Shown here piece after piece: positions 29,332 through 37,624 of a stretch of 64,000 nucleotides of DNA. Below the pieces are notes generated by a model. The model was given only the letters and a program-made list of their open reading frames with translations. It was not told the origin of the DNA and did not search any database. A program made the translations under genes and the position numbers. This DNA comes from an uncultured Arcobacter sp. (GTDB taxonomy: Bacteria; Campylobacterota; Campylobacteria; Campylobacterales; Arcobacteraceae), in the NCBI GenBank assembly GCA_965140705.1, contig OZ223301.1, positions 1 to 64,000 of the forward strand, given 5' to 3'. Positions within the stretch are counted from its first letter, which is position 1; every line of letters starts with the position of its first letter.

Positions 29332-30483
29332 ATGAGTATGAGTCAAGAAGAAATCGAAGCCTTAATGAATGGATTAGATATCTCTGAAAATGAAAATTCT
29401 ACATCTGATGATACATCATTAGATGAAAAAGATTCTGAAAACATGTCTGAGGATGATATTGCAAATTTAATTGCAGAAACAAACTTATCAACTAAAAATG
29501 AAGAATCTTCAGATAGTACATCTGAAAGTCCTGAAGAACTAGAAGAAACAGATAATACAGAAAAAATGTCAGATAATGATATTGATGCGTTATTAAATTC
29601 TTTAGAAAATGAACCTGAAGAAGAATCAACAGTTTCTAGTGATGAAATAGATTCTATTATTAATGGTATTGTTTCAGAAGATGAAAAAAATGATGAACTA
29701 GAAAAAAAATCGTCTAATAATGAATCTGAGAATAATGAAACTGTTGATACAAGTGAGATTGATGATTTAATTGCAGGATTAGAAAAAGATAAAGATGTTG
29801 AAAGTGAATCATCAGATGATGATTATTTAAAAGATTTAGATCTTAATTTTGATGCAGAATCAATTGATGACCTTGATAAAGTTGATGTAAAAGAAGAGTC
29901 TCAAGAAGAACCAGAATTAGAAACTACTTCTTCTAAAAAAAGAGGAAATAATGTTGTAAATGTTGAACAAATAAATATACCTAATCAGTTGGGTGAAGTT
30001 GCAAATGATTCAGAAGAAAAAGCAACTAAAATATTTGATGCCTTAAGTTATATATTGGAAGATAATGAAGAACTTAGAAAAACAACTAAAACATTAGATA
30101 GTTTTATTCAATCTCAATATAAGATGTTGGAGATGTTAAATCAAAAGTTTCCAAATGTAAAAGAGTTCTCAGAAAATTTGGAATCAGTAAAAGAGTTGCT
30201 TGAAAAACCAAAAGAGATTCAATCAAGACTTCATAACAGAGATAAAGAACTATTTGAAACAATGGAATTAATGCAATTTCATGATATAAATAGACAAAAA
30301 ATAGAAAGAGTTATGGGCTTAGTTATAAATCTTTCTCGTCAATTAAATGCTATATTTGATGATGAGTCTAATAGTGTTAATCTCCCTGGTGCGACACACT
30401 TGCCTGGAGATACTTCTAATGATTTGGTTAATAATGATGATTTAGAGTCATTAATTGCAGAATTTGGAAAAAGTAAGGATTAA
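29332..30483 (+). CDS. cheZ: CheZ-type phosphatase (epsilon-type) with long acidic N-terminal extension
   Basis: QLGEVANDSEEKAT, MQFHDINRQKIERVM (DxxxQ catalytic motif), C-terminal DDLESLIAEFG; directly follows cheY. Confidence 0.75.
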   Translation: MSMSQEEIEALMNGLDISENENSTSDDTSLDEKDSENMSEDDIANLIAETNLSTKNEESSDSTSESPEELEETDNTEKMSDNDIDALLNSLENEPEEESTVSSDEIDSIINGIVSEDEKNDELEKKSSNNESENNETVDTSEIDDLIAGLEKDKDVESESSDDDYLKDLDLNFDAESIDDLDKVDVKEESQEEPELETTSSKKRGNNVVNVEQINIPNQLGEVANDSEEKATKIFDALSYILEDNEELRKTTKTLDSFIQSQYKMLEMLNQKFPNVKEFSENLESVKELLEKPKEIQSRLHNRDKELFETMELMQFHDINRQKIERVMGLVINLSRQLNAIFDDESNSVNLPGATHLPGDTSNDLVNNDDLESLIAEFGKSKD

Positions 30484-30486
30484 ATT

Positions 30487-31212
30487 ATGAATCAAGGTAT
30501 GTACCCTTTAGCAGCGGCAATGGTAAATCAAATAAATAGAGTTGATACTGTGTCTAATAATTTAGCTAATAGTAGAACTATTGGTTTTAAGCAAGAAAAC
30601 TTAGCTGAAGGTACTTTTAATAATTATTTATTAAAAGCAAATCTTGAGGGTAAAAAACCTGAATATATAAATGAATTAACAAATAAAGTTCCTAAAATAG
30701 ATCAAAAATTTATTGACAGTTCCCAAGGACCGATAGTTGAAACTGGAAATAATTTGGATTTTGCTTTAAAAGAACCTCAAACCTTTTTTGCAGTTTTAGA
30801 CCAAAATGGTAATGTGGAATATACAAAAGATGGTTCATTTAAAAATAGTGATGGTTTTTTAGTAGATTCAAATGGTAATAATGTTTTAAGTGCAGATGGA
30901 GAACCAATAGCTGTTGAAGATGGTTTTAAACAGGCAATTGGAGTTTTTAATATTGATTACAATAATTTAGAAAAATTTGGAGATAATAACTACAAATTAA
31001 AAGATGAACAACAAGTAGCAGTACAAGTCCAAGCAGAAGAAAATAACGAAAACTTTATAATTCAAGGATCTTTAGAACAATCAAATGTTAATAGTGTTAT
31101 GGCAATGGTTCAATTAATTGAAGCTCAAAGAAGTTATGAACAAGCACAAAAAAGTATAACAGGTATTGATAGTATGAATAAAACAATAATCCAAAAATTA
31201 GGTAATGGATAA
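30487..31212 (+). CDS. flgF: Flagellar basal-body rod protein FlgF-like
   Basis: SNNLAN..TIGFK, TGNNLDFAL, YTKDGSF, QGSLEQSNVNSVMAMVQLIEAQRSYE. Confidence 0.78.
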   Translation: MNQGMYPLAAAMVNQINRVDTVSNNLANSRTIGFKQENLAEGTFNNYLLKANLEGKKPEYINELTNKVPKIDQKFIDSSQGPIVETGNNLDFALKEPQTFFAVLDQNGNVEYTKDGSFKNSDGFLVDSNGNNVLSADGEPIAVEDGFKQAIGVFNIDYNNLEKFGDNNYKLKDEQQVAVQVQAEENNENFIIQGSLEQSNVNSVMAMVQLIEAQRSYEQAQKSITGIDSMNKTIIQKLGNG

Positions 31213-31214
31213 TT

Positions 31215-31622
31215 ATGAAACCAAGTAATGTAAGCGAACTTTTATTTAACACATTAAGTTATAGGGCAGAGAGACAAAAGGTTATATCAAGTAATATTGC
31301 TAATATAAATACTCCTAATTATAAGACAAAAGATTTAAGTTTTGAATCACAATTGCAAGAAAAAAATAGACAAAAAGATTTACAATTAGTTACAACTAAT
31401 CAAAATCATATTAAAGCAAAAGAAAATAATGATAAAAATCCAAAAATGGAAGTCTATGAAGTTGAGAATTTGCAAGAACAAAATGATGGAAATAATGTAA
31501 ATTTGGATACACAAATGAGCGAAATGGCAAAAAATAATACAATGTTTCAAGCAATACAAGGCTCAATAAGAAAAGATGTTACTTTTTTCACATCAGTTAT
31601 AGATGCTTCTGCTAAAAATTAA
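31215..31622 (+). CDS. flgB: Flagellar basal-body rod protein
   Basis: RQKVISSNIANINTPNYK.KD, DGNNVNLDTQM. Confidence 0.95.
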   Translation: MKPSNVSELLFNTLSYRAERQKVISSNIANINTPNYKTKDLSFESQLQEKNRQKDLQLVTTNQNHIKAKENNDKNPKMEVYEVENLQEQNDGNNVNLDTQMSEMAKNNTMFQAIQGSIRKDVTFFTSVIDASAKN

Positions 31623-31638
31623 TTAGGATAAATAATAT

Positions 31639-33375
31639 ATGGATCAACTTTTAAAGTTTGTAAATAATTTAAATTCTGCTCAAAGAGCTGTGATAATAGG
31701 AGGTTTTTCTCTTTTATTAGTTCTTCTACTTGGATTATTAATTTATTCGAATGTAAAAGCTGAAGATAGTAAGTTAAACTACACAATTGCTACAAATCTT
31801 ACAAAAAATCAAGTAATGTTAGCTTCAAATGAATTAGAAGCATCTGGAATTTTATTTTCAGTTGTGGGAAGTGGTAATTCTTTGACATTAAAGACATCAA
31901 AAGAGTTTATTAATATCGCAAAAATCAAATTAGTGACAAGTGATGCAGCTACAAGTAAACATGTAGGTTGGGAAATTTTTGAAAAATCATCTTTAGGTAC
32001 AACAAACTTTGAAAATAAAGTTAAATATTTAAGAGCACTAGAAGGTGAACTTTCAAGATCTTTAGAATCCTTATCTGGAATATTAAGAGCTTCAGTGAAA
32101 TTAGCCATTCCAAAGGAGACAATTTTTACAGAAAGAAAAACACCTCCAACAGCATCTGCTGTTTTGAGTCTAAAACCAGGTGTTTATTTAACGCAAAAAC
32201 AAATTGATGGAATAAAAAATTTTATTGCTTCTGCAATTCCTAATTTAACAACAGAAAATATTAAACTTATTGATCAAGATGGTTCAATTTTAGAACAATC
32301 AAAAGAAGAAGCAGATAATTTGAGTTCTGTTACTCAAAATAAATATAAAAAAAGATTAGAAAAAGACTTTGAAAGTAAAATTGTAGATTTACTAGAACCT
32401 TTCGTTGGAAAAGGAAGAGTTGTAGCTAGAGTCTCTTTAAGTCTAAATTTTGCTAAAAAACATACACAAGAAGAGATTTATGAACCAGAAGGGACTATTA
32501 GAAGCCAACAAACTACTGAAAGCACTTCTTCTTCTGATGGAGTTGTAAAAGATAATGCGGCGGTTCCTGGAGTACAAAGTAATATTCAAGCCCCACAGCC
32601 TGAGGGAACTAAAGGAACTAATTCATCAAAAAATGAAACTAGTAAAAATATAGTGAATTATGAAATTTCTAAAAGAGTTATAGACCATGAAGATAAAAAT
32701 TATTCAACTATAAATAAAATTACAGCAGCTGTAACTTTTGATTCCGCTGCTTTAGCTAATGTTCAAAATAAAGATGAGTTTATCAATAATATTGTTGAAG
32801 TGGTTCAAGATACAATAGGTTATGATGAAAAAAGAGGTGATAAAATCACCGTAAAAGATTTTAAATTTGTGACTTATGATAAAAAAGCAAATGTTGATGC
32901 AAATGGTAATCCAATTGTTGAAGATTCAGGTGATACAATTGGTATGATAAAAGCTATTTTAGCTGAATTTAGTGAATATTTCCAATACTTAATAGCATTG
33001 ATACTATTATTTATTTTTTACAGAAAATTTATAGTAAAAAATGATGTTGTAATTTTAGGGGATGGAGTTGGAAAAACAGGATCTGGAAAATCTACTGGTG
33101 GGAAAGGTGTAGATATTCCTGGTATAACTGATGATACTAAATTAGAAGATGAATTTAATTTGGATAGTGCAAAAGGTAGGTTAAAATCTAAGGTAAGAAG
33201 TCAGATTTTAAATAATCTTGAAGGTCTAGATGAAGAGTCTGCAGCAAAATATGAAGTATTAATAGAAGAAATTGATAGAATAATCAATAATGAACCAGCT
33301 GAAATGGCAAAAATGATAGAGTTATTATTATCAGAAGATAGCGGTAAGAAGTATAATAATAAGAAAGGAAAATAG
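31639..33375 (+). CDS. fliF: Flagellar MS-ring protein
   Basis: Two TMs, GWEIFEKSSLGTT.FE, RALEGELSRSLE, PTASAVL, IRSQQ, NYEISK. Confidence 0.95.
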   Translation: MDQLLKFVNNLNSAQRAVIIGGFSLLLVLLLGLLIYSNVKAEDSKLNYTIATNLTKNQVMLASNELEASGILFSVVGSGNSLTLKTSKEFINIAKIKLVTSDAATSKHVGWEIFEKSSLGTTNFENKVKYLRALEGELSRSLESLSGILRASVKLAIPKETIFTERKTPPTASAVLSLKPGVYLTQKQIDGIKNFIASAIPNLTTENIKLIDQDGSILEQSKEEADNLSSVTQNKYKKRLEKDFESKIVDLLEPFVGKGRVVARVSLSLNFAKKHTQEEIYEPEGTIRSQQTTESTSSSDGVVKDNAAVPGVQSNIQAPQPEGTKGTNSSKNETSKNIVNYEISKRVIDHEDKNYSTINKITAAVTFDSAALANVQNKDEFINNIVEVVQDTIGYDEKRGDKITVKDFKFVTYDKKANVDANGNPIVEDSGDTIGMIKAILAEFSEYFQYLIALILLFIFYRKFIVKNDVVILGDGVGKTGSGKSTGGKGVDIPGITDDTKLEDEFNLDSAKGRLKSKVRSQILNNLEGLDEESAAKYEVLIEEIDRIINNEPAEMAKMIELLLSEDSGKKYNNKKGK

Positions 33376-34380
33376 ATGGAAAACCCACTAGATCATGAAT
33401 TGACTAAGGGCATGCCAATGCTACAAAAAGTTGCTACTTTTTTTGTATTAATTGGAGAAGAAGCAACTGTTAAAATTTTCCAACATTTACCTAGACATAT
33501 TGTAGAAAATATTTCTACTGCCATTACACAATTGGGTTCAATTGATAAAGATACTTCTTTAGCAATTTTAGAAGAATTCCATTTATACACTAGAACAAAA
33601 GGATTTATTAGTTCTGGTGGATATGATTATGCAAAAGAACTTTTGTATAAATCTTTAGGTAAGAATGATGCAGATGAAATTTTAGCCAAATTATCTAAGA
33701 TGCAATTGGCTTCACAATCATTTAATTATCTTGATGCTATTAATCCAAAACAATTAGCAGATTTTATTAAAGAAGAGTCTCCTCAAACAATTGCAGTTAT
33801 TTTAGCTCATATGAATGCAAATGGTGCTGCTGATGTTTTAAATCAATTAGAAGAAGATGTAAAAGTTAAAGTTACAATGCAAATGGCTACAATAAAAGAT
33901 GTATCTCCTGACGTTGTAAGAACTATTTCAATAGTTTTAGAAAAGAAACTAGAATCACTTTTATCTTCTATTGTAGATGTAGGTGGGGTAAAAGTTGTTG
34001 CTGATATGTTAAATAGAATGGGACCAAAATCTCAAGACATACTTAAAAATATCAATGGGGTAGATACTGCATTAGCTACAAAAATAAAAGAGAACATGTT
34101 TGTATTTGAAGATTTACTTGCTTTAGATAAAGATGATATAATGAAAATACTTCAAAATGTAGAAATGGCAGATGTAGCTGTTGCTATGAAAAATGCTACA
34201 GAAGATGATCTTGCAGTTGTTAGAAGTGCAATGTCACAAAGAGCTAGTGATAGATTCCAAGAAGAGTTTGAAATGCTTACAAAAGTTAAAATTAAAGATA
34301 TTGAATCAGCTCAGAGAAAAATGCTTGATGCAGCCCAAAAACTTATTGAAGAGGGTGTAATTGAAAGGGAAGTAGAATAA
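33376..34380 (+). CDS. fliG: Flagellar motor switch protein
   Basis: GGYDYAKELL, EESPQTIAVIL, GGVKVVADMLN, MFVFED, MSQRA. Confidence 0.96.
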   Translation: MENPLDHELTKGMPMLQKVATFFVLIGEEATVKIFQHLPRHIVENISTAITQLGSIDKDTSLAILEEFHLYTRTKGFISSGGYDYAKELLYKSLGKNDADEILAKLSKMQLASQSFNYLDAINPKQLADFIKEESPQTIAVILAHMNANGAADVLNQLEEDVKVKVTMQMATIKDVSPDVVRTISIVLEKKLESLLSSIVDVGGVKVVADMLNRMGPKSQDILKNINGVDTALATKIKENMFVFEDLLALDKDDIMKILQNVEMADVAVAMKNATEDDLAVVRSAMSQRASDRFQEEFEMLTKVKIKDIESAQRKMLDAAQKLIEEGVIEREVE

Positions 34381-34383
34381 TAA

Positions 34384-35055
34384 ATGGAAAAAAATAACGT
34401 ATACTCTAATGCAAAAGTAATTAAATCTAAAGATGGAATTGAAAACTTTCAATTAGGGACTTTCCTAAATACTGGTGAAGTTACTCAAAATGAGCAAATG
34501 CAAAAGATTGCAAAATTAGATGAGAAACAAGTTAGTATTAATGGTGATCAAATATTAGCTGAGATAAAAGCACTTGCAGGAACAATTGCTGCTGTTCAAC
34601 AAAAAGTTGATGGCTTAGAGCATATTGGATTAGCAGGAGGAAAAGATATAGATCATCAAGTTGTTCAAGCTATTAAGGATTTGAAACATTATGCAGCTTT
34701 TTTTGAACAAGCAACATTTCAATTAGAAACTAAGATATTAAAAACATCAATTTCAATAGCACAAAAAATCATCTCAGTAGAAGTGAGTGAAAACTCAGCA
34801 AAAATTGCAAAAGAGACTATTCATAACATTTTAGACAAAATAAAAACTGCTTCTAAAGTGAAAATTCATCTAAATCCTAGGGATTTTGAGCTTTTAAAAA
34901 ATGACTTAAATCTTGAAGGAACTCATATCTCTTTAGTACAAGATGGAAATGTAACTGCTGGTGGTGTTGTCATTGCTAGTGACTTGGGTAATTTTGATGG
35001 AAATATAGAAGCAAAAGTAAACTCAATGCTAGAATCACTTGATTCTATACTATAA
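34384..35055 (+). CDS. fliH: Flagellar assembly protein
   Basis: KIHLNPRD, GGVVIASDLGNFDG FliH C-domain; follows fliG. Confidence 0.85.
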   Translation: MEKNNVYSNAKVIKSKDGIENFQLGTFLNTGEVTQNEQMQKIAKLDEKQVSINGDQILAEIKALAGTIAAVQQKVDGLEHIGLAGGKDIDHQVVQAIKDLKHYAAFFEQATFQLETKILKTSISIAQKIISVEVSENSAKIAKETIHNILDKIKTASKVKIHLNPRDFELLKNDLNLEGTHISLVQDGNVTAGGVVIASDLGNFDGNIEAKVNSMLESLDSIL

Positions 35056-35151
35056 ATAATTCTACAAAAATTAATATTAGCTTAATATAACAATAACTAC
35101 ATAAAAATAACTATTTTTATTACTTTTTATAAAAATAAATCTTAATCATTG

Positions 35152-35160
35152 TGATATAAT
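35152..35160 (+). promoter_or_regulatory. Extended -10 promoter upstream of fliN
   Basis: TGATATAAT in a 137-bp intergenic gap. Confidence 0.55.
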
Positions 35161-35192
35161 TCATTATAAATTAAACAAAGAGACTTAAATTT

Positions 35193-35480
35193 ATGGAAAT
35201 TAATGATAGAGCATATGATCTTTTAGTTGATACACAAATTACAGTAGATGTAATGTTAGGTAGTGCAAATATTACTATTAAAGAATTTTTAGATTTAGGT
35301 GAAGGAGACATATTATCACTAGATAAAGCAGCAGGGGCTGGTGGTGATATATATGTTAATAGTAGAATTATTGGTACTGGAGATATTATCGTTATTGATG
35401 AAAAATTAGCAGTAAGAGTTCAAGATGCTATGGATTCAGATAACGTTGTAAGATATTTCTTTGACGAAAATATGTTATAG
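35193..35480 (+). CDS. fliN: Flagellar switch protein FliN (SpoA domain)
   Basis: VDVMLG...IKEFLDLGEGDILSLDK, IYVN.RIIG.GDII, LAVRV. Confidence 0.85.
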   Translation: MEINDRAYDLLVDTQITVDVMLGSANITIKEFLDLGEGDILSLDKAAGAGGDIYVNSRIIGTGDIIVIDEKLAVRVQDAMDSDNVVRYFFDENML

Positions 35481-35489
35481 GAGAAAATT

Positions 35490-36077
35490 ATGGCAACTAC
35501 AGATAGTGTTCAAGTAAGTACTGCTACAGGTGCTAATGGTCAACAGTATACACAAGCTATAAGTAATGATAAACTTACAAATGAAGATTTCTTAAAGTTA
35601 ATGTTAGAACAAATGAAACAACAGGATCCAACAAAACCGCAAGATACACAAAATATGCTTAATCAACAAATGCAAATGTCAAGTATTGAAACAAATTTAC
35701 AAATGACAGAATCAATGAAATCTTTGCAAAATTCTTTTCAACAAACAGCTTTAGCAAGTGCTACTAATGTGATTGGGAAAATAGTTGAAACTGATGAAAT
35801 GGGAGATGATGGAGTTAGAAAAGCTTATCAAGTTGGTGCAGCAGAAACAATAAATGGTGAAATTTATGTAGAGGCTCTTGAAATTCTTGGTAAAGATGAT
35901 AATGGTAACTTAGTTTATGCCAAAGAACCTTCAACAATTCCATATAATAGTATAACAAGAATTAATTATACTTCTCTTGGTGGAACAGGATCAACGGGAA
36001 GTAATAATGGAACAGATAACTCAGGTGATGGAACAACTGGAGATAATACTGGTTCATCTGATACAACAAATAGTTAA
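35490..36077 (+). CDS. flgD: Flagellar hook capping protein
   Basis: EDFLKLMLEQMKQQDPTKP.D, IGKIV; G/T/S/D low-complexity tail. Confidence 0.9.
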   Translation: MATTDSVQVSTATGANGQQYTQAISNDKLTNEDFLKLMLEQMKQQDPTKPQDTQNMLNQQMQMSSIETNLQMTESMKSLQNSFQQTALASATNVIGKIVETDEMGDDGVRKAYQVGAAETINGEIYVEALEILGKDDNGNLVYAKEPSTIPYNSITRINYTSLGGTGSTGSNNGTDNSGDGTTGDNTGSSDTTNS

Positions 36078-36086
36078 GGAAAATTT

Positions 36087-37547
36087 ATGAATGGTAGTTT
36101 ATACAATGCATTATTAGGTATTAATGCAGCATCTAATTATGTTAATGTTACATCAAATAATATTGCTAATTTAAATACTATCGCTCATAAAGAAAGTAGA
36201 ATCTCTTTTTCTGATTTAATGTATCAAAATGGAGAAGGTAAAGGTGTTGGTGAAGGAATAGTAACAAAAACATTTCGTCAAGGTGATGTAAAAAATACTA
36301 ACAATCCTTATGATTTTGCAATAGAAGGTAAAGGATTTTTTGCTCTAACTGATCCAAATACTAATAAAACATATTATACAAGAGCTGGGAATTTTTTAGA
36401 ATCAAGGGATGGAATACTTGTAAATAATCAAGGTTTCAATGTAATGGGGCTTCAAACAAAAGTAGTCTCTGTGACATCTTCTAATGATACAAATGTTTTT
36501 GGTGATAATTATACTATGCCATTGGCATCTGCAATAATTACACAAGAAGATAGAACTTTATCAATTAATGCTAAATCAACTGATTATAGAGATAGTGCAA
36601 CAGATGTTGGTGTTTCAGGAAATAATTATAAAAGTTCAAATTCTGTTATTTCAGATATTGAGTTATTAAAAAAAGATTATAGTGATAAATTAAAATTATT
36701 AGAATCTAATCCAAATGAAGTTTCAGTTGCTTCTACTTTTCAAGAATCAAAGATTGATTATAAAGATTATGAAACTAAATTGAATAACGAGAATGATGTT
36801 TTAAGATTAAATCTAGGAAATGTTGAAATTAAGCAAAATTTTGATACAGATGCCTTAACAACTATGAAAAAATTAGCTGACAAAATTTCAAATGAAGAAG
36901 GATTTACAGCCTCTTTTGATCCTACTACAAGTACTTTAACGATTAATAATTTAGTAGCAGGAAGAAATACAAAAATTACTTCACCAACTATAAATGCAAC
37001 GGAAGCGACTGTTGATATTGTTGATGCGGTTAAAGGTTCAGGTTTAGCAATGGTTGAATCATCAAGAGATGCTTTAAATAAAGCAGTACAATTAGCAAAT
37101 GCTCAATTTCTTGATATACAAAATGGTATTCCTGCACCAAATCAAGCAACACTTACTCTTGAACCTATAAATTTAAAATTAACAAATATAGGTCTTGCGT
37201 CATACAATGATACAAAATTTAGTGTTATAAATGATGGTGTTTTATTATTAACTCAAGGAAGTAATACTTATGTTGCAGGTAGAGTATCAACTGTATATTT
37301 CCCAGATGAACAAAGTTTACATGAAGAGGGTGATAACTTATACACGAAAACAATAGAGTCAGGTGAGGCAAAAAATGCAGATACTTTAAATAATATTGCT
37401 TCTAATAGTGTTGAAGTTAGTAATATAAATACATCAAAGGCATTAACAAAACTTATTGTTGCACAAAGAGCTTTCGAAGCAAATTCTAAATCTATGACAA
37501 CATCAGATGATTTTTTAAAGACAGCAATACAACTTAAAACTACATAA
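36087..37547 (+). CDS. flgE: Flagellar hook/hook-basal body protein, FlgE-like short paralogue
   Basis: SNNIANLNT, FSDLMYQ, DFAIEGKGFF, YYTRAGNF, LIVAQRAFEANSK; follows flgD. Confidence 0.75.
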   Translation: MNGSLYNALLGINAASNYVNVTSNNIANLNTIAHKESRISFSDLMYQNGEGKGVGEGIVTKTFRQGDVKNTNNPYDFAIEGKGFFALTDPNTNKTYYTRAGNFLESRDGILVNNQGFNVMGLQTKVVSVTSSNDTNVFGDNYTMPLASAIITQEDRTLSINAKSTDYRDSATDVGVSGNNYKSSNSVISDIELLKKDYSDKLKLLESNPNEVSVASTFQESKIDYKDYETKLNNENDVLRLNLGNVEIKQNFDTDALTTMKKLADKISNEEGFTASFDPTTSTLTINNLVAGRNTKITSPTINATEATVDIVDAVKGSGLAMVESSRDALNKAVQLANAQFLDIQNGIPAPNQATLTLEPINLKLTNIGLASYNDTKFSVINDGVLLLTQGSNTYVAGRVSTVYFPDEQSLHEEGDNLYTKTIESGEAKNADTLNNIASNSVEVSNINTSKALTKLIVAQRAFEANSKSMTTSDDFLKTAIQLKTT

Positions 37548-37548
37548 G

Positions 37549-37591
37549 ATGTTTATTAATTAGTACTTAAGAAGTATTAATTAATAAACAT
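37549..37591. other. 20-bp inverted repeat between the flgE paralogues
   Basis: atgtttattaattagtactt-aag-aagtattaattaataaacat (one G-T pair); TATAAT follows at 37600-37605. Confidence 0.6.
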
Positions 37592-37624
37592 AAAATGTTT
37601 ATAATTTATCTAAAAGGATAAGCC

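Noticed and set aside
33058..33110. P-loop-like GDGVGKTGSGKS in FliF
   Set aside because: It lies in a Gly-rich linker after TM2, with no NTPase fold context or Walker B
35101..35135. Short palindromes upstream of fliN (ataaaaata-ac-tatttttat)
   Set aside because: Pure A/T arms of 9 bp are expected by chance at this composition
35980..36077. G/T/S/D-rich tail of FlgD as a repeat element
   Set aside because: Low-complexity coding tail with no exact periodic unit
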